A program made the translations under genes and the position numbers. From assembly GCA_041601615.1 (NCBI GenBank), contig JBFIHX010000004.1:32001-96000 (forward strand): a DNA stretch of 64,000 nucleotides, read 5' to 3'. Positions 1 to 8,878 of this stretch are shown piece after piece (the first letter of the stretch is position 1; each line of letters opens with the position of its first letter). The notes below the pieces were generated by a model, which was not told the origin of the DNA, did no database searches, and saw nothing but the letters and a program-made list of their open reading frames with translations. The DNA is from Thermoplasmatota archaeon. GTDB taxonomy: Archaea; Thermoplasmatota; E2; JACPAO01; JAHFTW01.

Positions 1-91
1 CAAGGCGACCTCGCCGCCCAAGCACTTGCCTGGCTTGGATGAACAAGAACCGCCGCACCGACCTCAAGTGCCCCAGGCCCATGCCGCGTCG

Positions 92-343
92 ATGCGATTC
101 CACGTCATCCTCGCAAGCCTGATTCTGATCGGTGCCACCACCCTCGTCGTCGCCCCCGGCGCCGCCGCCTGCACCCCGTCGCCCATGTGTGTGGTCGAAG
201 GCGGAATCAACACCGTCAACAACTGCCGCGCCCACATCGCGGACTGCGCCTTCTGGGCCGCCAGCCTACCCGGCACCATCGTCAACGCCTACCTCGCCTA
301 CGTCCACGGCGTCTACTGCGACGAAGTAGGCATCGGTTGCTGA
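92..343 (+). CDS. Small secreted Cys-rich protein (6 Cys)
   Basis: ATG at 92; Sec-type signal MRFHVILASLILIGATTLVVAPGAAA then a ~57-aa mature part with 6 Cys ending ...EVGIGC. Confidence 0.7.
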   Translation: MRFHVILASLILIGATTLVVAPGAAACTPSPMCVVEGGINTVNNCRAHIADCAFWAASLPGTIVNAYLAYVHGVYCDEVGIGC

Positions 344-435
344 TTCCGCACCGAACCCTTTCCACCGCCCGCCCGCGCCACCACGCTTATGCCCAGACCC
401 ATCCATGTTCAGGGTGAACATGTTGAGGGTATCCC

Positions 436-1593
436 ATGCGTGATGTGTGCGTCGTCGGCGTCGGCATCACAAAGTACGGACGACACCAGTTGCACGCCCG
501 AGAATTGATGAGCATGGCCGCCGACGCAGCGATCGGCAACGCCGGCATCGACGCCACGGACATCGAAGGCGGCTATTTTGGCAACGCATTCGGAATGGCC
601 GAAAAACAGGGCCACCTCGGACCCCTCATCATGACGGCACTCGGCATCCCCGAAGTGCCCGCCACCGTCATGGAGACCGCCTGCGCCAGCGCCGGAACCG
701 CCTTCCACCACGCCTACCGAGACGTAGCCGGCGGCTTTAGCGACATCGTGCTCACCGGCGGCGTCGAACGCGTCAGCATGCTCGACACCCTCACCGCCAC
801 GACCTACTTCTCCTACGGCAGCGACTACACCTTCGAAGGCGGCAACGGCTGCAGCTTCCCCGGCCTCTACGCCACCATGGCCCGCGGCTACTTTGACAAA
901 TACGGCGCCACCGAGGAAGACCTCGCCGCCGTCGCCATCAAAAACCACCACAACGCCACCATGAACCCCGTTGCACACCTGCAAAAGGAAATCACCATGG
1001 ACGACGTGATGGGCTCGATGAAGGTCGCAGATCCGCTGAAGCTCTACGACGCCTGCCCCTTCAGCGACGGAGCCGCCGCCGTGATCCTCTGCGACGAAGA
1101 AACCGCCAAGAAACTCACAGACACCCCCGTCTACGTCGAAGCCAGCACCCGAAGCGGCAGTGTTGCAAGCCTGCACGACCGCGACGACCTCACAACGATC
1201 CCCGGCTCCGTGCGCGCCGGCGAATTGGCCTACAAGCAAGCCAAAATGACCCCCAAAGACATGGACTTCTGGGAAGTGCACGATTGCTTCACCATCGCCG
1301 AAGTGGTCGCAAGCGAAGACCTCGGCATCTTCGAGCGCGGCACAGGCGCACAAGCCGCCACCGACGGACTCACCGCTCACGACGGCAAGCGACCCATCAA
1401 CCCCAGCGGCGGTCTCAAAGCCAAAGGCCACCCCGTCGGCGCCACCGGAGCGGGCCAAATCGTGGAAGTCTACGAACAGCTACTCGGACAAGCAGGCGGA
1501 CGCCAAGTTAGCGACGCAACACGCGCCATGACCCACAACGTCGGCGCCACCGGCGGAACCGTAGTTACGAATATTTTGAGCCGGAGGTCCTGA
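436..1593 (+). CDS. Acetyl-CoA acetyltransferase (archaeal thiolase)
   Basis: ETACASA catalytic Cys, EVHDCF, NPSGGLKAKGHPVGATG motifs; followed by DUF35 gene. Confidence 0.95.
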   Translation: MRDVCVVGVGITKYGRHQLHARELMSMAADAAIGNAGIDATDIEGGYFGNAFGMAEKQGHLGPLIMTALGIPEVPATVMETACASAGTAFHHAYRDVAGGFSDIVLTGGVERVSMLDTLTATTYFSYGSDYTFEGGNGCSFPGLYATMARGYFDKYGATEEDLAAVAIKNHHNATMNPVAHLQKEITMDDVMGSMKVADPLKLYDACPFSDGAAAVILCDEETAKKLTDTPVYVEASTRSGSVASLHDRDDLTTIPGSVRAGELAYKQAKMTPKDMDFWEVHDCFTIAEVVASEDLGIFERGTGAQAATDGLTAHDGKRPINPSGGLKAKGHPVGATGAGQIVEVYEQLLGQAGGRQVSDATRAMTHNVGATGGTVVTNILSRRS

Positions 1594-1675
1594 GCATGCG
1601 ATGGACCTACGGCTCAGTGCGCGAAGCGAACGGACGCCGAGGCCCGCAGGGCCTTGACGGCGGGAGGCGAAACTG

Positions 1676-2074
1676 ATGGGACAAGAACAAGTCCACGCGG
1701 CGCCGCGCCCCATGCTTTCCATGACGGAGCAACAAGCCAAGCTCAAGGACGGCGAAATCTGGGGCTTCCACTGTGATGCTTGCTCCTACGAACAATTCAG
1801 CCCCATGCTGCGCTGCCCCAAGTGCCGCAAATCCGAACTCTCCACGCGCCAGTTCAGCAACAAAGGCAAAGTCATCAGCTACACCATCCAGAGTGTTGCC
1901 GCCGAGGCGTTCCTGAACGAAACGCCATTCGCCTTCGCCATCATCGACCTCGACGACGGCCCTAAGGTTAGTGGTTGGGTGCCTTGGATTGGCCGCCCGT
2001 CCGAGCTTCCCCTCGGTTCGGCCGTGGAGTACACGCCGAGCTACAAGCCGGGAATGCAATTCGAGAAGTGTTGA
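1676..2074 (+). CDS. DUF35 Zn-ribbon/OB-fold protein (thiolase partner)
   Basis: CDAC...CPKC ribbon, GKVISYT, P(F)AFAIIDLDDG; adjacent to thiolase. Confidence 0.92.
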   Translation: MGQEQVHAAPRPMLSMTEQQAKLKDGEIWGFHCDACSYEQFSPMLRCPKCRKSELSTRQFSNKGKVISYTIQSVAAEAFLNETPFAFAIIDLDDGPKVSGWVPWIGRPSELPLGSAVEYTPSYKPGMQFEKC

Positions 2075-2097
2075 GCGAAGCGAAACATTTCTCGAAG

Positions 2098-2152
2098 AGC
2101 GAGGCCGCAGGCCGAGCGGACCTTGGCGGCATGCTTGCACGCCGTCAAGGGG
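2098..2152 (+). repeat. Palindromic intergenic element (REP-like), copy 1
   Basis: GCGAGGCC-GCA-GGCCGAGCGGACC-stem-TGCTTGCAC-stem; homologous copy on minus strand at 42452-42507. Confidence 0.65.
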
Positions 2153-2168
2153 TTCGAGAAAGGCCGAG

Positions 2169-2296
2169 GCGCCCAGCGCCGAGGTCTTTCTCGCGTGTTC
2201 ACGAACCATGACACTCCACCCCCCGTTAATGCCGCACGCCGACGCGCCCAGCGCCGAGGTCTTTCTCGCGTGTTGACGAACCGTGGCACTCCACCC
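2169..2296 (+). repeat. Two-unit direct repeat (53 bp, period 75)
   Basis: GCGCCCAGCGCCGAGGTCTTTCTCGCGTGTT(C/G)ACGAACC.TG.CACTCCACCC at 2169-2221 and 2244-2296, 3 mismatches. Confidence 0.85.
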
Positions 2297-2465
2297 ACCG
2301 CAATGCCGCAGCCCCACCGGACCCAGGACAGCACAGAAGGCACAAGAGATAGAACCCGAGTGTATTGAGCCAATCAAACCGCTCTTGCAACCCATGAAAG
2401 TTTCCATTCCAGACACCCTGCGGCCATCCGATAAACTATTTTGACCCCCTTCCCCCATCCAGATT

Positions 2466-3281
2466 ATGGCCGACCTTCCCCACCTTGGCGTCGGACTGGG
2501 ATACCGCGAACCGATGCGCAGGGACATCCTCGCCAACCTTGGTGGCCTGGATTTTTTTGAAGTGGTCACGGACGCATACTTTCGCAACCCCAAGGCTTTG
2601 CAGGCGCTCGCGTCGCTGAAAACCTGCATTCCCCACTCCCTGCACTGCTCTGTGGGCTCCAGCACTGAACCCGCGTACCTGGAGAAGGTCGCAGGCATTG
2701 TCGAGAGCCTGGCGCCCCCGTGGCACTCCGACCACCTCGCCTTCACACACGCAGGCAACGTTTCCTCAGGCCACCTTGCGCCCATCCCTTACACGGACGA
2801 AGCCCTCGACCTCGTAGTGCAAAACATCCGCCGCATCCAAGCCCGCATCCCGGTGCCGTTTGCCCTCGAAAACATCACCATGGTGTTCTACTGGCCACAC
2901 TCCACCATGGACGAACACACGTTCCTGTCCGAAGTAGTTCGCCGCACCGGATGCCACCTCTTGCTCGATCTGGAAAACGTCCGCGTCAACACCATCAACC
3001 ACGGCCTATACGGTCGAGGCGGGCGCGACTTTCTTGACGCCCTGCCCCTGGAACGAGTGGCCCAAGTGCACATCGCCGGCGGCCAGCACCACAAAGGGCT
3101 CGAACACGACACCCACGCTGCGCCGGTCTCTGCCGCCACCTGGGACCTGCTTTCGTATCTTTGCGACCATGTCACCCCGCCGGGAATCCTTCTGGAACGA
3201 GACGCGGCGCTACCTCCATTTTCGGAACTTCTTGCAGAGGTCCAACGCGCCCGCTCCATCGTGCAGAGGGTGCTTGCATGA
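2466..3281 (+). CDS. DUF692 family multinuclear non-heme iron oxidative enzyme (MNIO; MbnB/TglH/ChrH/BufB family)
   Basis: LGVGLGYR, FFEV, H(S)L..SVG, WHSDHLAF, LENI, LLLDLEN, HIAGG, HDTH..PV, LLERD family motifs. Confidence 0.93.
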   Translation: MADLPHLGVGLGYREPMRRDILANLGGLDFFEVVTDAYFRNPKALQALASLKTCIPHSLHCSVGSSTEPAYLEKVAGIVESLAPPWHSDHLAFTHAGNVSSGHLAPIPYTDEALDLVVQNIRRIQARIPVPFALENITMVFYWPHSTMDEHTFLSEVVRRTGCHLLLDLENVRVNTINHGLYGRGGRDFLDALPLERVAQVHIAGGQHHKGLEHDTHAAPVSAATWDLLSYLCDHVTPPGILLERDAALPPFSELLAEVQRARSIVQRVLA

Positions 3282-4072
3282 GCATGGAAGCGATGCAGGT
3301 GGTGGCCGCAAAGCTGCTGACCGACCACGAATACCGCGCCTCCTTCTTCGATGCTCCACCCAACGCATTCGCGGATCACGGATTGGAACGCGCGGAGTTT
3401 CTGGTGTTGCGGATGCTCGACGCAAGCAAGCTGGACATTGTCTCCGAAGGCTATGTGGGCAAACGCTGGGACGTGATCGGCTCCGTGTTTCCACGAACAC
3501 TCGACGCCCTTGCCCATTTCTGCCCCGGCGCCCGCCAAACCTACCTAGAATCCACCTCGACCCCTGCAAACGACACCGAAGAACGGGCTGCATTCCGGAC
3601 GTTTCTGGACGAAACTATCGATGTGGCTACGGACGAACGCCGGTATCTTTGCGACCTAGCGCACTTGGACGGGGCACTACACGACCATCCACTTCCAGCC
3701 GGGCTTCCGGAATACCGATTCCGCCCAGAGAGTACCAAGCCACGTCGAGCAGCCGACGCCATCACCCTTGCCGTCGCCGGACCCTTAGAGCACCACATCG
3801 GACTCCGCACCAACACGAGCGCCCCCAGGCTCGAAGCATCCTCTTCGCCGCTGCCCTGGAGCTACTCGGAGAGTCCTCGGAACCTGTTGGTGCTGCGCGA
3901 GGGAGGCTCGTTCACACTCGAACTCCTGGACGACAACCAAGCGGCACTGCTTGCATCCTGCGACGGCACCCAGACCGTTGCCGCATTGGTGCAAGCGCAT
4001 GGAACAGACGCAGATAACCGGCTTCGCACATGGTTTCGGCACCGTATTGTGGAAGACGCAGCAAGCGTCTGA
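3278..4072 (+). CDS. MNIO partner protein, C-terminal PqqD/RRE-like winged helix
   Basis: ATGA overlap with DUF692 stop; helical N-terminus with FPRT; C-terminal LLASCDGTQTVAALV typical of PqqD-like RREs. Confidence 0.75.
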   Translation: MSMEAMQVVAAKLLTDHEYRASFFDAPPNAFADHGLERAEFLVLRMLDASKLDIVSEGYVGKRWDVIGSVFPRTLDALAHFCPGARQTYLESTSTPANDTEERAAFRTFLDETIDVATDERRYLCDLAHLDGALHDHPLPAGLPEYRFRPESTKPRRAADAITLAVAGPLEHHIGLRTNTSAPRLEASSSPLPWSYSESPRNLLVLREGGSFTLELLDDNQAALLASCDGTQTVAALVQAHGTDADNRLRTWFRHRIVEDAASV

Positions 4073-4187
4073 ACACGACTGAAATTAAATCTCAAGGTTT
4101 TCTTTTACTTTCATACCCATTTTAGTACCCACAAACGTCGCTTTGTTCCCCGTTTCCTAGTTATTTCATTCCCCCTCTTGCATTCTC

Positions 4188-4200
4188 AAATATATACTTG
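4188..4200 (+). promoter_or_regulatory. Putative TATA box in AT-rich intergenic region
   Basis: AAATATATACTT in a markedly AT-rich 4073-4260 stretch upstream of the precursor-like ORF. Confidence 0.4.
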
Positions 4201-4286
4201 ATTGATTCTGATTAAGTGTGGAACATTATTCCTGCCAGTTGCAAACGGCCTTCTCGGCCAATTGCACAACAAGGAGAGACACAAAC

Positions 4287-4604
4287 ATGAGCTACATCAA
4301 GCCCCTCGTCACCCTACTCGACAACACGACCGAACTCGCCGGCTGCCGCCCCTGCATCCAAGTCGGAGCCCTCGCCATCGGCCGCCAACCCAGCATCACC
4401 CTCGGCGACTCCATCGACGGCGTTCCGAGCAACGCCACGACCGTCGGCGCCCCGTGCCCCACGGCCCCCACCCCCGGCACCCCCGAAGTCGGCGGAATCA
4501 GCAAACCCGGACCGATCGACACCAACGACATCATCGCCAGCCACGGCATCTCCGACTCCTTCTCGGCAGACGTGGGCGGCGTAGACGTCACCGTCACCCT
4601 CTAG
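4287..4604 (+). CDS. Putative RiPP precursor (YxxP leader + CxxC)
   Basis: AGGAGA SD upstream; MSYIKPLVTLLDNTTELAG|CRPC...APCP...; typical C-ending codon usage. Confidence 0.65.
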   Translation: MSYIKPLVTLLDNTTELAGCRPCIQVGALAIGRQPSITLGDSIDGVPSNATTVGAPCPTAPTPGTPEVGGISKPGPIDTNDIIASHGISDSFSADVGGVDVTVTL

Positions 4605-4627
4605 GATCAGAGCAAGGACTGATATCC

Positions 4628-5263
4628 ATGCTCCCAAGAAAGATCCTGCTGCTCGCAGTGGCAATCCTGGTGACCCCCATGGTTGCCCCAGCTGGAGGCG
4701 CACACCCATACCCTGTGCCGGCCCCCGACCTAGGCCCCTGCAACGCCAGCGAACCGTCGCACCACTACGTCACCGGCACCAGCCTCGACGTTGGCAACTC
4801 CGCCCTGCCCACCGTCACGTGGCGCACCACCGTACTCCTGTTCGACTCGTGCGCCTTCATCGATGGTGAGGGCGACTTTGGCGTCGGCGGCGGCTTCCTG
4901 CCCACCAACCACCACGGCATTAACGGCGCTGGCGTGTGGAGCGGCGAAGTGTGCGTCGAAGACGACGTCTACGGTTTCGACGTGGAATTCGTTGTGGGCG
5001 TCAGCCCCGGCGGCGGCGTCATCAACGAAGTCGCACACGGAACCGGCTGCATCTACGTCAGCCTGCCCTCCTTCTACCCCCAGCCCGCACCGAACCCGCC
5101 CTCCCCGGGCGCGGACGGTGGCATCTGGGTGTTCCTGGAGAACACCGTTGGCGACCCCAACGCGGCAACGCAGATCAACCTCGACCCGAGCAACGTCTCG
5201 GCGACCGCCAAGGTTGCCCCCGGCGTAGTCGTGCCCACCACGGGACACATCTACACCCAGTAG
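4628..5263 (+). CDS. Secreted beta-rich protein, unknown function
   Basis: Signal MLPRKILLLAVAILVTPMVAPAGGA; 4 Cys and several His; 23 bp downstream of precursor-like ORF. Confidence 0.75.
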   Translation: MLPRKILLLAVAILVTPMVAPAGGAHPYPVPAPDLGPCNASEPSHHYVTGTSLDVGNSALPTVTWRTTVLLFDSCAFIDGEGDFGVGGGFLPTNHHGINGAGVWSGEVCVEDDVYGFDVEFVVGVSPGGGVINEVAHGTGCIYVSLPSFYPQPAPNPPSPGADGGIWVFLENTVGDPNAATQINLDPSNVSATAKVAPGVVVPTTGHIYTQ

Positions 5264-5532
5264 ACCAAACCCGGACCCTTTTCCCCCTCCCCCTCCCCAT
5301 CCCCCGTCCTTCTTTGCTTCCAGTTGCCACGTCCAACTCCCAAACCCGTGCCGTGGATTCGAGCCCCCAAACAAGGGCACGCACACTGCCGCCAGCCTAT
5401 GATACAACCTCCGATCGCGAGTCGAGCTACCTGGAAACTCATCCACCAACCCACACCACCAAAGCCCATCCTAGCGAACCGTCACCGGGCTACACCCCAT
5501 CGCAAATGCACCAAACCTGGCCCAGAAACAAC

Positions 5533-6453
5533 TCAAGGGAACGTGGTCGCCACAGCCGACAACTCCGCCAACAACGCATCCCCTTCGGCATTCCCATACG
5601 TCACCAAAATCCGATCGTGGTCCCGCATCACATAACCATCAATGTGCGGCAACCGCGCCCAATTGTGGCTGCCGTTGGGCGCAACAAACACCCGCAGCGT
5701 CATGTTTTCCGAGTCCTCGTAGACCACGCCATCATGCACGGGCACATTCAGCCGCAGCCGACCCTGATGAAGCTCTGAGCCTAAAGACAACCAGAAGAAT
5801 TCCGACAACGTAAGCCCCGGCGCGCCTTCAATGTGCATCGAGTCCTGATCCGGATTGTGCATATGCGCACGAAGGAACCCCGAATTTTGCAAGTCAAACG
5901 CCGGATCCGTGAAATTGACGCGTTCGCCCTCGACAAAGACCGCAAACGCCGCGTGCAAGTGCACATCCTCGACCGGCTCCGGGGCCGTCAAAAACGCGAA
6001 CCCCACCACGCCCGAAAATGCCAGCACAATGGACAGCAACACCACCGGCAGCCACGGCACAGCACGACGCTCGGGTGCTGGAGCCGCCGCCACAGCCCCC
6101 TCCTCCTTTGCCGCCTCGATGCGCTTGCGCAACAAAGCATCCGCCTCGTCCAGAATCAAACGGGCGCGCTCCACGAGCCCCTCAGCCCAACCCACCGCAT
6201 TGGCTGTGACCGCCATGTGGTGCTCCAATTCGTCCCCGCGCAGATACCGCGACAAGCTCCGAATCCCAAGCGCCAACAACACCAACGGAAGAGTCGTGCA
6301 GGCCCAAAGCAACCACAAAACCATCCCCGAGAACGGCAACCCACCCCCTTGCAATTGACCAAAAACATGCACGGACGCCAACACCAAGGAAGGAACCACG
6401 GGAGCCACCCAAACCACAGACGGCACACGATCCGTCACCCTCGGGCCACTCAT
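5533..6453 (-). CDS. Membrane protein with extracytoplasmic His-rich putative metal-binding domain
   Basis: 3 TM segments plus coiled segment; HLHA...HMH...HIE motif. Confidence 0.75.
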   Translation of the reverse strand: MSGPRVTDRVPSVVWVAPVVPSLVLASVHVFGQLQGGGLPFSGMVLWLLWACTTLPLVLLALGIRSLSRYLRGDELEHHMAVTANAVGWAEGLVERARLILDEADALLRKRIEAAKEEGAVAAAPAPERRAVPWLPVVLLSIVLAFSGVVGFAFLTAPEPVEDVHLHAAFAVFVEGERVNFTDPAFDLQNSGFLRAHMHNPDQDSMHIEGAPGLTLSEFFWLSLGSELHQGRLRLNVPVHDGVVYEDSENMTLRVFVAPNGSHNWARLPHIDGYVMRDHDRILVTYGNAEGDALLAELSAVATTFP

Positions 6454-7865
6454 GCAGCACCCCCCGCGGCCGCCGCATCTGCCCCACCCAAACCGCCCGC
6501 TCCCGCCGTAGAGGTCGTGCGCATGCTCTGCATCAACAACGGAGGCACAGCAGCCAACAACAACGTACCAGAAACAAGCGCCAATGCGAATGCAATGCCA
6601 TGCGACATAATCAGGAACGCCAACGCATACGGCGCGATGATGCCGGACGCCGTGATGCTCGCCTCACTCCACCCAAACGCCCCGCCCCGTTGCAAAGGCG
6701 GCACACTGTCAATGATGAGCGCCGCCGTCACCGGCCGCCCAAGGCCATCCGCAAGGCCCAGCAAAATCCAACTCACAATGATCCACGGCAAGGACGTTGT
6801 CGCCATCAAGAGATTGAAAAACGCAGCCGCGACCAAGCTCGACACCAACACCAACTTGTGTCTACCCGTGCGGTCTGCATAGCGTGCCCCAAACGGCTGA
6901 GCAAGCCCGAACGCCACCCAAGAGGAAGCAGCCACGATGCCCACCCATTGCACCGACAACCCTTGCAACACGAGGTAGCGCGGAAAATAGACCGGATAGA
7001 CCGCCACGGACAAGCCGAACAAGAACAGATACAAGGACGCCCAGCGAACATTGCGCCCCGCCTGCACCGGAATCGGCTGCGTGGACAACAGCCTGCTACG
7101 AATACGCTTGAGCCGTGTTCCCACCGGCCGCATGGACGCCCGCATGGAACGAATCTCCGTAGCCAACCGGCGCTCCTCAAGCCCCGAGCCAGCCAGAGGA
7201 CCCGCACGAACCCCTCCGCCCACGCTTGCACCGGCGCCTACGCCCGCGCCACCATGCCGGCCCGCAACCATGAGCGCCAGCAACGATAAAAAAGACGCAA
7301 ACGACAACAAGCCACCCAACAGGAAGACAAAACGATACCCAGACGCCAACATCAGACCCCCCACGACCAGACCCAACGCATGGCTCCATCCCTTGGTGAG
7401 TCCGAAGTACGCATACACCGTCGCTCGAACATTGCGCGGCGCCACCTCCGCCATCAACACCTGCAAACCAGGCCCCGATGCGGCGCCCGAAAGCGAACCG
7501 GCAGCAGCCAGCGCCAGAAACTGCAACGGCGTGTGCACCAACAAATACGCCGGGAACGTCAACACCGACACGAAGACAAAACCAAGCACCACCGCCGGAC
7601 GACCAAAGAACCGATGGTGCCGCCCCGCCAACAACTGCACAACAATCGCCACCACCGCCATCAGGCTGTAGATGCCACCCACCTGCAAGAACGTCATACC
7701 CCGATCCAAAAAGAACAACGGCAACACCGTCACCAAGAGACCGCCAAGGATTCCCGAAATGAGATAGACCGCCAAAAACAACTTCAAACGCGGAGCACGC
7801 CGCAACACATCCCGCATTTCCACCCAAAAAGTGCGCACACGCCCTCTTTGGCTCTCACTTGGCAT
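6450..7865 (-). CDS. MFS transporter
   Basis: About 12 TMs; GARYADRTGRH motif A; RGGAFG; start 7865 or 7817. Confidence 0.85.
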   Translation of the reverse strand: MPSESQRGRVRTFWVEMRDVLRRAPRLKLFLAVYLISGILGGLLVTVLPLFFLDRGMTFLQVGGIYSLMAVVAIVVQLLAGRHHRFFGRPAVVLGFVFVSVLTFPAYLLVHTPLQFLALAAAGSLSGAASGPGLQVLMAEVAPRNVRATVYAYFGLTKGWSHALGLVVGGLMLASGYRFVFLLGGLLSFASFLSLLALMVAGRHGGAGVGAGASVGGGVRAGPLAGSGLEERRLATEIRSMRASMRPVGTRLKRIRSRLLSTQPIPVQAGRNVRWASLYLFLFGLSVAVYPVYFPRYLVLQGLSVQWVGIVAASSWVAFGLAQPFGARYADRTGRHKLVLVSSLVAAAFFNLLMATTSLPWIIVSWILLGLADGLGRPVTAALIIDSVPPLQRGGAFGWSEASITASGIIAPYALAFLIMSHGIAFALALVSGTLLLAAVPPLLMQSMRTTSTAGAGGLGGADAAAAGGAA

Positions 7866-7956
7866 GCAAGGAGCACAGTCAAAGACGCAAATTAAAACAG
7901 GGGCGGGGAACAACATGACGCCCGGCGGTTTTGATACCGCCACGCATCCGCACACC

Positions 7957-8844
7957 ATGGAGGGGCTCATTCTGACGCTCGTTGGGACCGGCACCCACCA
8001 AGCCGTGCTGCCCCGCCGCATCCACCTAGACCTACGCCCCGGCACCGGCCAATTGCACATCCCCGACGCGCCCGGCGCCGACGTATCATGGCGCTCCTCC
8101 GTAGACGCCGCCTGGTGCTCTGCCCTCGCCCTGACCCATCGCAACGATGTGGACGGCGAACTTCGCGTCACAAGCCCCAACCCCATGAGCGGCATCAGCG
8201 CAGGACTCAGCGTAGGCCTCCTCTCGCTTGCCTGCTTGCTCGATCGACCCCAGCCACCCGCCCATTTTGCCACGGGAGGCGTCCTCAAACCCACAAGCCA
8301 AGACACCCAAGTCGGCTGGCTGCAAGGCGGCAACGCCACAGCAATCAAATCCAACGCCGCCGCCCGACTAGCACCCCAACTCGGCTTGCACCAGCCCATA
8401 TTCCTAGCCCCACCCGGACCCACCACCCCCGTGCCCGGAGTCCAATTGCGCACCGCCACCGACCTCGCAACCGCCTACCGCCACATTGATCACATCGGCT
8501 ACCAAGAATTGGCAGCACGCCACCACGAGCTGCTGCACTCCTCGGCCTCCACACCCGACCCCGGCCCGACCGCATGGATCCACCCCTCCCGCAACGCGCC
8601 TCCACGCACATTGCCACCCCACATCGAAGGCATCCGCATCCACGCAGGCGACCCACGCAACGAATTGAACCCAGGCCAAGTATTGGTGCGCCTGGAAGAC
8701 GCCGGACGCATGCTCTGGGCCGTGCAGTGTGCCAACACCCCGGACCTCGCCGAAGCCCTTCCCCAATGGATGGACTACGCCCGCGCAGCCGCCGCGGCCC
8801 CAGACCCATCCTCGACCGGGCGCGATGGCGCAGACTTGGCGTAG
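7957..8844 (+). CDS. Stand-alone Lon-protease C-terminal (S16)-like protein
   Basis: GISAGLS (GPSAG-like Ser), ATGGV, VG, IK..AA (Ser-Lys dyad pattern); no ATPase domain. Confidence 0.55.
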   Translation: MEGLILTLVGTGTHQAVLPRRIHLDLRPGTGQLHIPDAPGADVSWRSSVDAAWCSALALTHRNDVDGELRVTSPNPMSGISAGLSVGLLSLACLLDRPQPPAHFATGGVLKPTSQDTQVGWLQGGNATAIKSNAAARLAPQLGLHQPIFLAPPGPTTPVPGVQLRTATDLATAYRHIDHIGYQELAARHHELLHSSASTPDPGPTAWIHPSRNAPPRTLPPHIEGIRIHAGDPRNELNPGQVLVRLEDAGRMLWAVQCANTPDLAEALPQWMDYARAAAAAPDPSSTGRDGADLA

Positions 8845-8878
8845 CAAGGCACCCTGCACCGCGCCAGCCCCCTACCGA

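Noticed and set aside
409-1458. Long antisense/shadow ORFs (also 1607-2785, 42929-44281, 57739-59313, 39415-41133 and similar)
   Set aside because: They overlap well-supported genes and are the expected by-product of high GC and codon bias.
2169-2296. Possible CRISPR array
   Set aside because: Only two 53-bp units with a 22-bp gap; wrong dimensions and no cas genes in the window.
4287-4604. True lasso peptide precursor
   Set aside because: No lasso cyclase or B2 peptidase nearby, no Thr at -2, and no Asp/Glu at core positions 7-9.
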